NCBI GenBank assembly: GCA_013239625.1
Contig: MU053934.1
Location: forward strand, 5,412,399 to 5,476,398
Length of the DNA: 64,000 nucleotides
From: Lama guanicoe
Lineage: Eukaryota
Direction of reading: 5' to 3'
The notes beneath the pieces were generated by a model. That model saw only the letters and a list, made by a program, of their open reading frames with translations, was not told where the DNA came from and made no database searches. The position numbers and the translations under genes are program-made. Below are positions 24,472-38,300 of this stretch, piece after piece (position 1 is the stretch's first letter; the number at the start of each line of letters is the position of its first letter).

Positions 24472-25839
24472 CTGCAGGGCAGCAAAGAGAGAGGGGAGAC
24501 GAAGGCTCAGTCGGGCATTCCACCACAAAAGGCACATTTTCAAATGCAAAGAAAGTCTCAGAACAGAAGGGTGTAGTGTGAACGAAGCATCCCCTTTAAT
24601 TGTGACTGTAATTGCAGAAGTGGCCTGATACAGCAGGGTTTCCGTATTCTGCTGTGGGCGGCGAGAGGAAGTTGCGAAGGGTCTTGCAGGGCGATAACAA
24701 TCCACAAAGTACCCAAGTCTTGCCTCTTGCTCAAAACCTCCTACAACACTGTGTCCTCCTCCTAAGACTAAAAAAACCACAAATTCCTAACTCAAATAAA
24801 ACAGAATGAGGACCACTACCCAGCAGAAAAAGCTCTCTAGATGGGCTACACCTTCTTCCTGGTAGTGAATGTTTACCACTGTGAGTATAGTGAATGATAC
24901 AGCTATTCCCGTAGATCAGGAAGTATAGGTTATTTGTAAAATCTTTTTTTTTTAATGGAGGAGCTGAGTAATTTATTTAACACGGTTAATTTTAACAGTC
25001 ATAGGCCTGTACGTGTAATCATTAATACATATTTTGGATAATACATAACTTAATACATTTCAATATGTAGAATTTATACAGGTCATTTTTCTTTTTATCA
25101 CAGGCTAATAAAACTCAGAATTGACAACATGATGACAGAAAAAGGATGTAACCACTGAAAGTGTAAAGGTATTCTTTTAAAAAGTGTCTTGGGTTAAAGA
25201 GAAATTCAAAATGGAACTTACAGATTATTTAGACTGTGTGTGTAATAACCTGGTTATGTGGTAACAACAACTGGGGTCTGGATATCAGGGAACCTGGACT
25301 CTCATTTCCGCTTTTGCTAACCTGCTCTGTGACTTTAAGCATGCCACCTATATCTATTCAGTGTCACTAACCCCACTTCACAGTCTCATTTTCCTGCTCT
25401 CTTTACTCTGTTAGCTTGGGAAGAAAAAAAGTTGTTTATAAAAATGTTCTAATATCTATCTATGTAGCCATCTGCTTGCCTACCTACCTATACCATAAAC
25501 ATATATTGCTATATATAAGGACATAAATACGTACAGCAGTAGCATATGTGTGTTTGCCACTGCTGTAAAATCATTTCATTTGTATCTAGAAATTACACCT
25601 GTTTTCATCAAGCGAAGCATTTCTCTAGACCAGAAAATATTTTACCATTAAGATAAACCCTTCCCTTCCTCTTACTCTTTACTTCGAGTCTTTTTCAGTT
25701 GAGGTGAAAGAACAAAGCCACGTGATTTAAAGCATATCCGGGCTAGGGGAGGGTGATGGGTGTTTCTCCTATTTCTACTCTGGTAACACCACTTAACGAA
25801 ACAATAGGAATTTTTTAAAAGTTAAAAGTCAATTATCTC

Positions 25840-25930
25840 AGAGGGGGTAGGAAAATAGCTCAGTGCTACCACTGCTTAGCATGCACAAGGTCCTATGTTC
25901 AATCCTTGGTACCTCCATTAAATTTTTTTT
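25840..25930 (+). mobile_element. Camelid tRNA-derived SINE (Vic-1 type)
   Basis: A-box-like tagctcagtg, gcttagcatgcacaaggtcc, B-box-like gttcaatcc. Perfect 15-bp TSD aaagtcaattatctc at 25825-25839 and 25931-25945. Confidence 0.88.
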
Positions 25931-26839
25931 AAAGTCAATTATCTCTATTTTAAATGCCAGTGAAACTAAAGGGTATTACCACTACACAACGTGCAGAATG
26001 ACCATGGCATGGCCTGCACGCACAGGCTAAGTGAGAAAATGTCCAGGAAAGGAGGGTTAAGAGGATCCCACAGGCCATGGGATAAGTTCTGTGATTAAGT
26101 CTTCAGTTACAAAGTCCCTGCAAGTCACATCCAAGGGGGAACTGTATTTATTAGGAATCATATTACTCTAATGTCTGCCTTTTTCATCTACAAAGCGGAT
26201 TTTAAGAAGGCCTCCAAGAATCGCAGAACCATTAACTAGGCTCTTGACTATCACTACCCTCCTCCCCAGGACTAACATCAAAATTTTTGAGCCAACTTCA
26301 ACTCTGGCAACTTCTTATGTTCCCATTTTATCAGGTTTACTGTGCCATGTTCTCTTGTGTTGCAGTGATAGCTCGCCAGTGTGTGTCCTCAGTTGTGCGG
26401 GGTCTCACCATTCCAAGTCACCCCACTCAAGTCTGTCCTCCAGTACCATGTAGGGCCCATCTCTTTATTCACTTCACCTGGGAATGCCTGCCCTCTTCAC
26501 CTAACCTTCCAAACTTACTCCACAGCATTGAGAATTACTCTTGGCCTCCTTTTATCCGCTATAAAAAGTATAGAAACATTTTGCACTGCGTAACATGTCT
26601 TCTCTCTCCTACCAGCATATGAACTCCCAAAGAGCAGGGAATAAATCTTATTAATATATGACCCCACCCCACCCCACAGCACTTAATACACAGTAGGCAT
26701 TTAATATGTGTTTCCTGAATTGAACTGGATCTCAAAATGATGGCACATACAGTCCAGGAAATCTAATCAGGAGGTTATTACTATTATTATTATATACAAA
26801 TTAACAGTTAAAAACAAACCCCTGCTGAATAAAAGATGC

Positions 26840-27090
26840 ACTAATAGGTAACATTTACAGAACATGTGCTCTCTGCCAGACACTGGTCTGCATCCTTTCA
26901 TGTTTTACCTCATTTAATCTTCATAACTCCCCTACAGAGAGAATAGGTATCATTATTCTAATTTACAGGTAAGGAAAATGAGGCCCAGAGAGATTAAGTA
27001 ATTTACCTCAAGTTATCCCACTAATAAGAGACATAACACGATTTGAACCCAAGCATTCTGATTTCAGAACCTGGGCTCCTTACTTCCCTG
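26840..27090 (-). mobile_element. MIR SINE
   Basis: Inverted MIR core: ctcatttaatcttcataac..tttacaggtaaggaaaatgaggcccagagagattaagtaattt..atttgaacccaag. Confidence 0.75.
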
Positions 27091-30000
27091 CTTCTCCAGG
27101 GTCTTCACGAAGCCTGTGCTGCTGGGGTAACAGGCATGGAGCACAAGCACCTGGGTTCATTCTCTGGAGACAGACAAAGGGGCTGTGGGAAATGGATGGT
27201 TCAGGTCTGGACCAAAGAAGTTTGGGTGACCAACTTCAGTAAAATAAATTTAAATTAATCTAAGAACTTGATTTCAGAATAAATTATAACCATAGATCAG
27301 CAGCAATGATAATTATAATAATAAAATACAAATAATAATAGGAGTCATTGACGTTGTTATGTGCCAGTCCTAGGCTAAGTGACCGACATGCTTTTAACTT
27401 ATTTGGAGAAAAAAAAAAAAAAAACCCTGCGGGGATAGTACATTTATTGTCTCCATTTTACCGATGAGGAAACTAAGAATCAGACCTTTAAGATTTTGCC
27501 ATAGGTCAGATGACTCAGAAGTGCTGGAACCAGGATTCATACCGGGTCTCTGTGACTCAAGTGAAGGGACCTAATACTATGCCACACTTCTCCTTGGAGG
27601 AAAGAAAAAGGAGGGTTAGGCAGGATAAAGTAAGAGGGAAAACGGGCATAAATTCGTCATGTTTTATACTGTTTCTAAGCCATGTTTTCTAAGGACCAGT
27701 GTAAGATGAGCTATTAGAAAATGATTATATATAACAAACTAATTTGATTTCAGAGAACAAGGAAACCTAATACAATTCAGTAAGTCTGAGCACTTCAAAG
27801 AAACAGTAACTAATGAAAACTGTGTCTATTGTCCAATAATAATTTTGAAATATCAATCAACAGCCATCCTAAAAAGCCATATACAAATAGGGCCATAAGG
27901 GATCCATTATGCAAACTTCTTCTTCATTGAACAACTTCTTGCTTCATGAAAGCAAAACTTTAAGTCTATGATTCAAGTTTTTTATGGAGCTTAGTTTTTT
28001 TTTAAAACAGCTCTAGTTCAAAGAGGAAGGTTCACCTAATAAACCTTTTCCATCTCTAAAACTAAATGAAATTAAAGTTAAGTTATCTGAAAATTCCATC
28101 TTGTGCCTCTCACAAATTAATTCTAAACTTCATGCTTATCTGAAATCTGACTAACTTTCCCACTCACATAATAGAATTTACCCTGTATCAGGGTATCTTG
28201 GGTATTGCTACAACTTGACTATGGGTATGTATTATTTTATACATTGCATAACCACTCCTGCTAACCCTAACAATGTTTATAAGGAGGAAAATAAAAGATT
28301 TAAACAGTAAATTCAGAATTATGGTGTAATTTATCTGTTTGGCTGGGTATACATTCTACGATCCTTTCAACTACACAGAAATGGATATTTATATGAATTT
28401 TCCTTTTCTTTAGTCTATCTTAATTCCTCTTAATTCTAAGACTTTATGTTTCAAGGCCTTAGGGATTATTCATTTTAGAAGAAATCATTTAATAACTCAC
28501 TTTCAGTAAATATCATAAGAGCCATATATTATGTATTCAGTACAAAAGGTACCCAAGTTAGCAGTGTATTTCAGATGCCATAATTTAATACACATCCATC
28601 CTAAGAAATTTTTTTTTTACTAAGAAATATTTAACACTAGTTCAAATGATTATTTTCAAACACACTGCTAGATCAAGGAGATTTTTAAAAGTAGGAATTT
28701 GATGAAATCTACTTTACTGTACATCATGATTTAGATTTCTCCTCCACTCCCCAGGTCAATAAAAACTAAACAAAAAATACCTATCTGTGTAAAAGCTTGA
28801 GTCTCTCACTGTTATTAAAGCCCACAAATTTAATATATCATCTGTTTCTAAATGGGTCCTGTGCAAGCAGCCTATATATAGAGGAACAGATGTCTTTAAA
28901 GCTGATGGATGGTGAATCAACTGAGCTGTCTGCCAGAAAAGAATTGGAATAAAAACAAAAGAAACAAACCATAAAGTGGGGAACCCCAGGTTCTCCACTC
29001 CCCATGAAAATAATCATGTTTTCCATCTGTTTTAAACAAAGGTGATCAACTGCTATTTAAATAACTGGCTATTTGGGAAATTAAAGCAAGAGAATGAACT
29101 TCACATATTTATATTTATGCCCTATAAGAGGTATGTTGATGGTATTCAAGGGATAACACCCAGAACTAGTCACATCAAACAACTGTGTCAATCAGGACTG
29201 GAAAGAAAAAGTAAAAATAGGTGATGTGTTCTCAAGTCCAGCTCTGCAGCTTCCACTGGTCAGTAGTTCTGGATTTTACTGGAAAGGGAGATGTGCACCT
29301 TATTCATATTTACTCATTATTGGCTCTACCAGGGAGCCGGGCTCCCTTCTAGAATGGGGAGATAAAGCATAAATTATGAGGGAAGTAGAAAAGAAGAGGG
29401 AAGGGGTTGGTATGGGAATGACTGAGAAAGAAGAAAAACCCTCCCTCTGCTCGTTATGACCTCTTCAGTGAAGATTCTGACTGCAGGGACATTCCATTAA
29501 CTCAGCTCTAACTCAGGAACACTGTTAACTCTTTTCCTCAATCCTTTAAATTTGGATAGGAAACTTTAAGTCAAACTTAATCAAATGACAATGAATTTGC
29601 TCACAGCTTTTCAGACTATTTATGTTATAAAAATGCTCCAAAATAAACTTGTTGACAAATAAGGGCAATGTTTCTTGACTAGAAATTATAAGCTAGTCCA
29701 AAAAGCGCTGCATTAGAAACTCAACGAGGTTTATGTGCTTGAGGAGAGCAAAAAGCAAACCAGACTCCCCAAAAATCTCTTCTCTCCCCCTCTAAGATAC
29801 CTGACTCTGAGCTATGGAGGTTCTCATACTTCAGAGGAGGAAACTGCTATCCAGAAATGATCAACTGAAAGACTGGCCTGGTTGGAGCTAAGTTTCAAAG
29901 CATCAGTTTTCATAAGAATTAAGTGACCCTCTCGTGAAAATACTAAAATAAAAAGGACCAATATGCTAGAAAATAAATCAGATGTCATTTCTGGCATTCC

Positions 30001-30119
30001 TAAGGTACAACTAACACTAGGTGATTCTCCATTTTGTTTTAATCAAATTTCATGGTACTTACTTTAACGACTTAGAATAAAGAATGTTTTGGATTATCTC
30101 CTCATGAATTACAATCTAC

Positions 30120-31250
30120 CTCACTCTTGATAATGGACAAGTATGCAGAAAATCAACAATAATACAGAAGACTTGTACAATACACTCCACCCAACAAGTG
30201 TAGGAAACACACTCTTCTCAGGCACACACGGAACAGTCTGCAGGACAGGCCATATGCTAGGCCATAAAACAAGTCTCAATAAATTCAAAGGGACTGAAAC
30301 CATACAAAGTATGTTTTTTGACTACAACAGAATTAAATTAGAAACCAACAACAGAAGAAATTTAGGAAATTCATAAATATGTAGAAATTAAACAGCACAC
30401 TCTTAAATAGCTAATGGGTCAAAAGAAAAATTACAGGGGAATTAGAAAGTAGAAAGTATTTTGAACTGAACAACATATAGTTAAAGTGGTGGTTAGAGGG
30501 ATATTCGTAGTTGTAAATAACTGTATCAGAAAAGAGGATCTCAAATATACACTGCAAACCCTCACCTTAAGAAGCTAGAAAAAGAAGTGCAAACTAGACC
30601 CAAGGTAAGTAGAAGATTAAAGTAAAGCAGAAAACAATTACACAGGAAATAGGAAAACACAGAAAACTAATGGAACCCAAAATTTGTTGTTTAAAAAGAT
30701 CAACAAAATAATTGACAAATCTTTAGTTAGAATGACCAAGAAAAAGAAGAAAACAGATACAAAAATCAGGAATATAAAAGGAGGCATCACCCCCAACTAT
30801 AGCGATTAAGGGAGTTACAAGGGAACACTATGAAGAACCATGTGCTGACAAACTAGATAACTTAGATGAAATGGACAAATTCCTAGAAAGGCACAAATTA
30901 CTGAAACTGACTCAAGAAAAAACAGAAAAATCTAAGCAGACCTATAAAAAGTAAAGAGGTTGACTTGTTAATTAAAAATCTTCCTCAAAAAAACAATAAC
31001 AACCAAAAAAAAACCAAGCTCAGATGGCATCACTGGTAAATTTTACCAAACATTTAAGAGAAGAATTAATACTAATCCTTCACGAACTCTTTTAGAAAAC
31101 AGAGAAAGAAACACTTCCCAACTCACTCTATGAGGCCAGCATTACTCTGATACCAAAGTCAGAGAAAGACATCACAACAAAACTACAGACCAACATCTCT
31201 TATGAAAATAGATGCAAAAATTCTCAACAAAATACTAGAAAACAGAAGCC
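30120..31250 (+). mobile_element. L1 ORF2 internal fragment (end of endonuclease to start of RT region), degenerate
   Basis: ORF 30143..30376 reads ..TLFSGTHGTVCRTGHMLGHKTSLNKFKGTETIQSMFFDYNRIKLETNN, L1 endonuclease-like. Downstream aacttagatgaaatggacaaattcctagaa and tatgaggccagcattactctgataccaaa are L1 ORF2 hallmarks. Multiple stops. Confidence 0.92.
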
Positions 31251-34200
31251 AGGGCTGGAACCAAATCTTCTGTATTCTTATCCTTGTATTCTTTCCCCCA
31301 TTCTGGTGATTCTCACTCTTACTTCAAAAATAAAATCATCTGAGGTTTTTAATTGGTCTGGAACGGGGCCTGGGCATTAGGGTTTTTCAAAAGCTTGCCA
31401 AGATGATTTTAATGCAGTGTCAGGTTAACAACTGCTGCCCCTTTTAATGCTACTTTGGCCTAACTTAAATCTACTTTACACTGAAAAATTAAACATGTTC
31501 CTTCCATGTTCATGAGGCCAATTACAGATCATGTGGAGTAAACAGTACTAAGCAGATTTAATTCAGCCTTTTTTTTGATGCCCCCAATTAACTGCTTTTA
31601 AAGTACATCATCTTTTGGTGTGTACTGAATGGTTCAATCTTTTTAAGTTAAAATCTTTTAAATTTGTTTAAAAGTTTGTAACAGGAGAGAACTTCCATTT
31701 TCTAACACACTTCTTCCAGAAAAATTATTTGTTGTCTCCTACTGAAGGTTTGTCAAGAGGGAAAAACGGCTAACAAACAACCTAATAAAGAGATAAAATC
31801 TGCTATCCCTAGACTCACTTCTGTGAGTTTTCTGTCTAAATCTAATGCATGTGATATGACATATCATCTTCTAAGATTTTTTACACACAGCCTAGCACAT
31901 TTATTTAATAAATATTAATTGTTAAAACTAATTTCAGATAGTATATTCTTACTCTAGATTCTGTTCCTTCTGTAAATCTCCAAAGCTTAATCTCATAATA
32001 TTTGGTACATCTCCTCGTCATTAACCTTCAGGTACCAATTCCAGAATAAATAAGCAAATACAGTTCGAGTTAGCAACAGACAACACTACCTCTAGCTTCA
32101 AACTGGAGAATGTGTTTTACTGGGAAGATCAGAGAAGAAACTGCACAGGTTTTAGCCTTAAGTAAAGCTTAGCATGCTGATAATTAGAATGGTTGTCTTT
32201 GCAACAGTGAATTATACCTATTTTATTGGTGTATTTTACATTTCAGTTTATCCTATAAACTGCAAAACCACCCAAACTGTAAAACCACATCACCTATCAC
32301 TTAGAACCAAAGGCTATTCTCTGAACTCATTTCATTATTAGAATATATGAATAGAAGTAGGTGAAGGGTATTTATGTCAATTATATCTCAATTTTTAAAT
32401 TCATTATTTATTTTTTAAAGTAGGTGAAGGTACCCCCAGAGGAGAGTGTTCCTCCTGCTCTGCTGCCTGGATTACTTTACAGCATCACCACCAAAACAGC
32501 GACTGGGAGTCGGGATGAGGAAGTTCTCCTTCCTTCGTTCTCTCATTCACTCATCTAATAAATATTTACTAAACGAATACATTAGGGCCTGTGCTAAGTA
32601 GGGTGAAAACACTTATGGTCTCTGCTCACATAAAACTTTCAGTCCAGTGGGGAAACAGACATCAAACTACACACAAATAAGTACAAGTTGTGATCAATGT
32701 TTTACAAGAAAAGAATAAAGGATATGAGAGAGATCAAACCCAGGAGTCCGTAACTACTCCTCCTTTACTACTCTGTGATAACCAACTTTTCCCATTTCCT
32801 CTTCACTACCATAGAGCCAGTTGTTTAAGATACTAAAACTCCTGAGAAACAGAGACCTCAGGATAAGTTGTACTAAAATAACTAAGTTAAGACACAGTTT
32901 CATTTATTCACTTTACGTATATTTGCTTAGTTGCTCTGGGGTTCACGTGCTGTTTGGTCAGCACATCCATGTACCTCATATTTGTGCCTTATTCACTTAT
33001 TCCTCAGTTCCTTGTCAAAACTCTCCTTGACATTCACTCAAGAAATATGAGGGTCTACTTCACACGCCAGACACTGAGCTTGCTGGGGGGATACAGTGGT
33101 GCCCAGACAGATACAGTCACTGCCTTCAGTAGTTGTTTGAGGGAAACAATCATCAAATAAGAACTTACAAGAGTGAAGAGTATTTTCAAAGAAAACATTA
33201 CTCAGACACCACATCCCAACTAAGCGGTTTGACGGTTCCCATGATTCAATTCATGCATTCTAACATCTTCTGTACTCTCAAAGCCAGGGCTGTGTGCTAG
33301 AATTACGTACGCGAATAAGACATAGTTCTCATGCTTGTGGAATTCTTAAGTCTAATGGGGAAAAGGGGACTCTATAAACAAATAATTACAATGCTATAAG
33401 AGTGTACTAATGTCTTTAATATACATTTTTACTAAAAGATCACAGGAAAATGCAACTTTGGCTAGCACACATGCCCTGCTACTAAGGGTCCCTGCCAAAT
33501 TCCAGTCATATGAGCTTATGCATGATACACGTGTGCATAAATAATAAAAAAAATGTTGGTTTCTTAAAAATAGAAATTCAAACAGTTATGTATTTTTTAG
33601 GTGCTATGGGACTACAAAGGTGATACTGCCCAAACACTGGAAGTCACAGAGAAAGACAAACAAGATTCTTTCTATGTGGAGTAAGACAAGCGAACATATA
33701 AACTGGGCCTTACAAATATTTTATCCTCATGATTAGCTTGGATGAATGTTTCAAGTAATTTCCTGCTATCACTCCCCAAAAGTAATACTCTTCTGTGCCC
33801 CTATTTATTGTAACCTCCCACAAGCCTTTCCTGATAGAGACGAGAAAGACCTACGAGAGGGGAGAGATGTCTGTGTTCCCTTACTCCTCCACACTGCTTC
33901 GCCGGCTTTCTTGTTCTCAATTCCTACCCTGTCCTACGGCTTCCCTGGAATTTTTTCTTTTCCTGTTGCTTATATATAATTTCTCAACATTCTAAACTCT
34001 CAGTTTCTCTAGTTCTTTTCATGAAAAATTTTTCTTCCTTCAACTTGGGAAATCAGCCTGAATGGGTTAGCGCAGTCTACACTACACTGAAAATGTACTT
34101 CTGGCCTGTGCTTTTAATATAAACAATAGCATTTTAAAGGCACAATGTATTCTATAATTAGCCCTACCCTTAACCAGAAAGAGTTTACCATCAAACTAAC

Positions 34201-35074
34201 TGTGATCCTGGGGAAAGAGGCAAGTATTGCATATTGGGTTCGTTATATGAGTATTTTGTAAGTTCCAAGTGAATGCAATACACTTGGAGAACTGAATTTT
34301 AAGGGGAGACCAAACAACATGAGAGAAAGAATGGGAAAACATAGGTTACAGTCCTGGCTCTGCTGCTACCTAATCAAGTCACTTAACCTCTTTTAGCTTT
34401 GGTTTTCTCACTATGAAACAATTTGGAAAAATAACCCCTGCCCTTTGAAGCTCAAAAAAAACCAAGGTATATGAAAAGTGATTTGTAAAACTATAACACA
34501 GAATATAATGTTTCACTAGAGGCCTTTCCTCTAGGACAGAATCTGGTACTGTAATCTGGTACCATACCTCTAACAAGATGCTATATTCTGCACAGTAAAA
34601 GGGCCTTATATTAAAACATCCTTTTTTAAAATCAAATCCCAAGTTGTTGTGGGGCAGGGGGAAGAGGGAGACGGGAAAGGAGGAGGGGAGGGGAGGAGAG
34701 GAGGAGGAGAGCCGTTTCCTTTTGGAAGGCAGTTCTGGAACATGCAGTCAGTGAAGAAGCACACTCTGTTCCCAGACTCTAGACAACCTGGTATGTATAA
34801 AGAGCAAGACTCAAAGAAAGGCAGAAGAATCAGCACCCATTCATTAATAAAATTAAATACACAGTGAGTGTTCAAAGCATGATCCTAAAATTCTAAATTC
34901 TAAGCTGCAAATACCAAAATAGTAGTTAAGAGACCCAGAAGGGTCCGTTTGTCTATTGCCAGAGAAAGAAGGACCTGCTAAAATTCAGATCCAGAGTCAA
35001 GATGAAAAGAAGGAAGTAGAGGTAAGAGAAGAGAAGTTCTCTCTGGGATCACACTGATCCACCAACTAAAAATC

Positions 35075-35340
35075 ATACGCTAAATGCAACTGTGGTATCC
35101 TAGACTGGATCTTGGAACAGAAAAGGGACATCAGTGGGAAAACAAACAAAATCTAAATAAAGTTTGGAGTTTACTTAGTAGTATACCAACATTAATCTCT
35201 TAGTTTTGACAAACATAACACAGATATGAGACGCTAACATTAAGGGCAACTGGTGAATGGTATGGGAGAACTCTCTTTATTATCTGTGCAACTTTTCGTA
35301 AGTCTACAATTATTCCAAAATAAAAAAGTTTATTTTGAAA
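35075..35340 (+). mobile_element. Old L1 (L1MC/ME-type) 3' UTR fragment
   Basis: ctaaatgcaactgtggtatcctagactggatcttggaacagaaaagggacatcagtgg..gcaacttttcgtaagtctacaattattccaaaataaaaa. Confidence 0.7.
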
Positions 35341-38300
35341 ACTCATAGATTTGACTCTCCAGAAAGATACACGAATCAATTACTAAAACATATCAAGGGT
35401 CAGGTTTTTCACACTGAAGCACTACTATGTGTTCAAAAGAAAGGACTAATTCCTATAAATGATTAATTATGAGGAACAAATAATAATGGTCGTCTAATAA
35501 ATTCAAATTGTAAGATGACTTCTGGTATAAACAATATAATGAACAATAATATAATGTTGCAAAGACTTGAAAAGAGGAATTCCTAATTCTTTTTAAAATC
35601 ACACATACCAAAATCATCTATGAGAATTCAAATTTGATTATTTTATCAATATGCACATTCAACCCTTCACAATCCCATAACTTTCTCTTCTATCTCTGTA
35701 TCAAGTGTGTAAACATGAGTTAAATTATCTCTCAAATAATCTGCTTTAGAAGTCAAAAATAACACCAAAAAAAAAAGGTAATATCTTCTATTTAATCTGA
35801 ATACTGGCAGGTTACAGGCAGAAAAAATGAAGTATTTTCCTGGGTTGGTCAACCTGGTAGTTTACAAAAGATAACCTTATGAAAATCCAAATTGAACTAC
35901 TAAAACATGTAAAATAAAGGGGCTCTGTATTGTGTAACAATACTTATAAAATGGTGAAAACATGTCTGCATCATCTTATTTAATTCTTAAAACAAAGCTA
36001 TGTGGAAGGTGCTATTATTATACTACTTTGTAGAGGAGAAAATTGAGCATTAGAGAAATTAAGCAATGTGCCCAAGGTCATCGATAAGTAAAGGTAGAAC
36101 AGAAATTGGAACCCAGTTCCATGTCAATCGACAGCCTGAGCCCTCAACCACTGTTATGTAGTGCGTTTTTCTTCTTTCATAAAACATACCAGTTGTCTGT
36201 GTTTAAAAATGACACTATATTAACAGTGCTATCTATGTGACGTGGCTGGGAAAAAATGATGCATATGCTTACTAACCAGGGGGAAATCCAGGTGATTTCA
36301 GAGAATAGCATATGGCTTTTCAGAACTCTAGACTCTGGAAAGGCTCCCTATATTCAAATTCCAAAAGAAATAGAGACTCTAACAGACAACAGTGTAAAGT
36401 CACATGTAAAGGTCATTCAAAGGGCTCCTCCCAGAGGCTGGAGGCAGTCTGGAAGGATACCGCACGTGGCTCTCAATGCGGGAACATCCACACTGAACAG
36501 GCAGAGAGCACCTGTACAACGTCCTTCCTGCTCCCTGGTACTCCGCCAGGGGTTCTTACCTGGTACTAGGGAGATTCTGGGTGGATTCATCTGTTCATTC
36601 ATCGAACTACTATTTATCGTGCACCTATTTATGCTGGGCACTGTGCTAGGTGATAGAGCAGTAAAATGAACAGGTAAGGTCCCTGCTCTTACAGAGTATA
36701 TGTTCTAGCGGGGAAGATATACATTCTGTGTATTACAATTTCTGGTGGCACATTATGTGAAGGAAAATACATTGAAATAAGAGAAGAGAGAGTGACGGGG
36801 TGGTAATTTTAGGCCGAATACATAGGGAAGGCCCTTCTGAGGAGATAGCTGACTCTAATGCGGAAACCTAAATAATACAACATATCATGAAAAGATGTGG
36901 AGAAAGCATTCCAGGCAGCACAAATAGCAAGTGCAGAGGCACTGAAGTAAGGAAGGGCTTGTCTTGAGAAGGAAACTAAGACATAAGAAATGAGGAATCT
37001 ATATGCTGAACTATACGATGCAGTCACTGGGCTGGATGTACTACTACAGTGACTCGTTTAATCTCAACAGGTATTTGAGGTTATGTATTGCCTCTATTTC
37101 ACAGATGAAGAAAAAGAGGTTCAAGGAGGTTAAGTAACTGTTTGCACAGCTAGTAAAGGGAGAGCCAGAGTTCAAACCAAAGGCTGTGCTCTTTCTACTA
37201 CATCATATTTAATGCCAGAGTCACAGCAAAGATATTAATAATTAGACATAAATAAATAAGTAAATAAATCAAACTCCCACATCCTCAAAAATCTGGGGCT
37301 CACCATTTAATTCTGGGTAGTTACTCATCAGCCCCTTGAAGTAATCTCCAATTGCAGCAGACAGATCTCAAACTGCCAGCTACATCGATGTCATCAGTTG
37401 GTTTCCTGAGCATCTATAAGGAATGCTCACACGCCCCCTCACATAAGATCTGAGCATAGCGTGTCTTTGCTCTGCACGTCTGAATGGGTGGAGACAAACT
37501 GGGAATGTGTCTCCTTCAGACTGGCAGGGCCATCTGAACAATCCCTTCCAAAGTGAAAGGTACCAGGGACAGCATTCTCCTTGCCACATCAGTTCTGCAT
37601 GTTCCCCCAGAAAACGCGGGCAGCTTCGAATCCCCTTTGCTATTCCCTGGCTTTACTACCAGTGCCGACATTTTGCACCCAACTATGCTGCCAGAAGTGG
37701 CCAAAAAAAGGTTTTCCTTTAAAACTGTATTAGAATACTTATTCCTTCCGCATCTTTATAATATAGACTTGAAAACACACAGCATGGTATAATAATCATG
37801 ACTGAAACAATAAGGGAGGCCTGTATACTCATATAAATTCTGTACATGCTTGGAAATATTTAGAAAGTTTTTTCTATTAAAGTACTTCCTATTTAGCTTC
37901 TTGATTTTTTGAAATTAACTTTCAGTGTTTGTATAATTAATAACATTTCACTTAACTGATATTTTGAAAAAAAATAAAAGGTAAATTCTGATTAAAATCA
38001 TTTTTAAATGAAAGAATTTTTTTCTCAGGGAAGAATGAAGTGATTAAAAATTAAAAACTTGGTAAAATGGGTTAAAAAATACACACGCAATCTGAAAATT
38101 CTAATGTTTGTATATAAAGTTCTCCATGGGTATTTAAAGAAAAAAAAACCAATAATTTCTCACCCTTATATCATAGGTGATATAAAATTTTATCTATTTT
38201 TCTCAAAAAAATTAAAAGAATATTTAAAAATAAATTTGGTAAAGGTTATAATAAAAGTTTTCTTTTCTGTAGAAGAATGAGAGCCATAAAATTAAATTTC

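Noticed and set aside
25840..25930. tRNA genes at 25840 and about 40330-40400
   Set aside because: They have TSDs, A/T-rich tails and degenerate stems, so they are tRNA-derived SINEs rather than tRNA genes.
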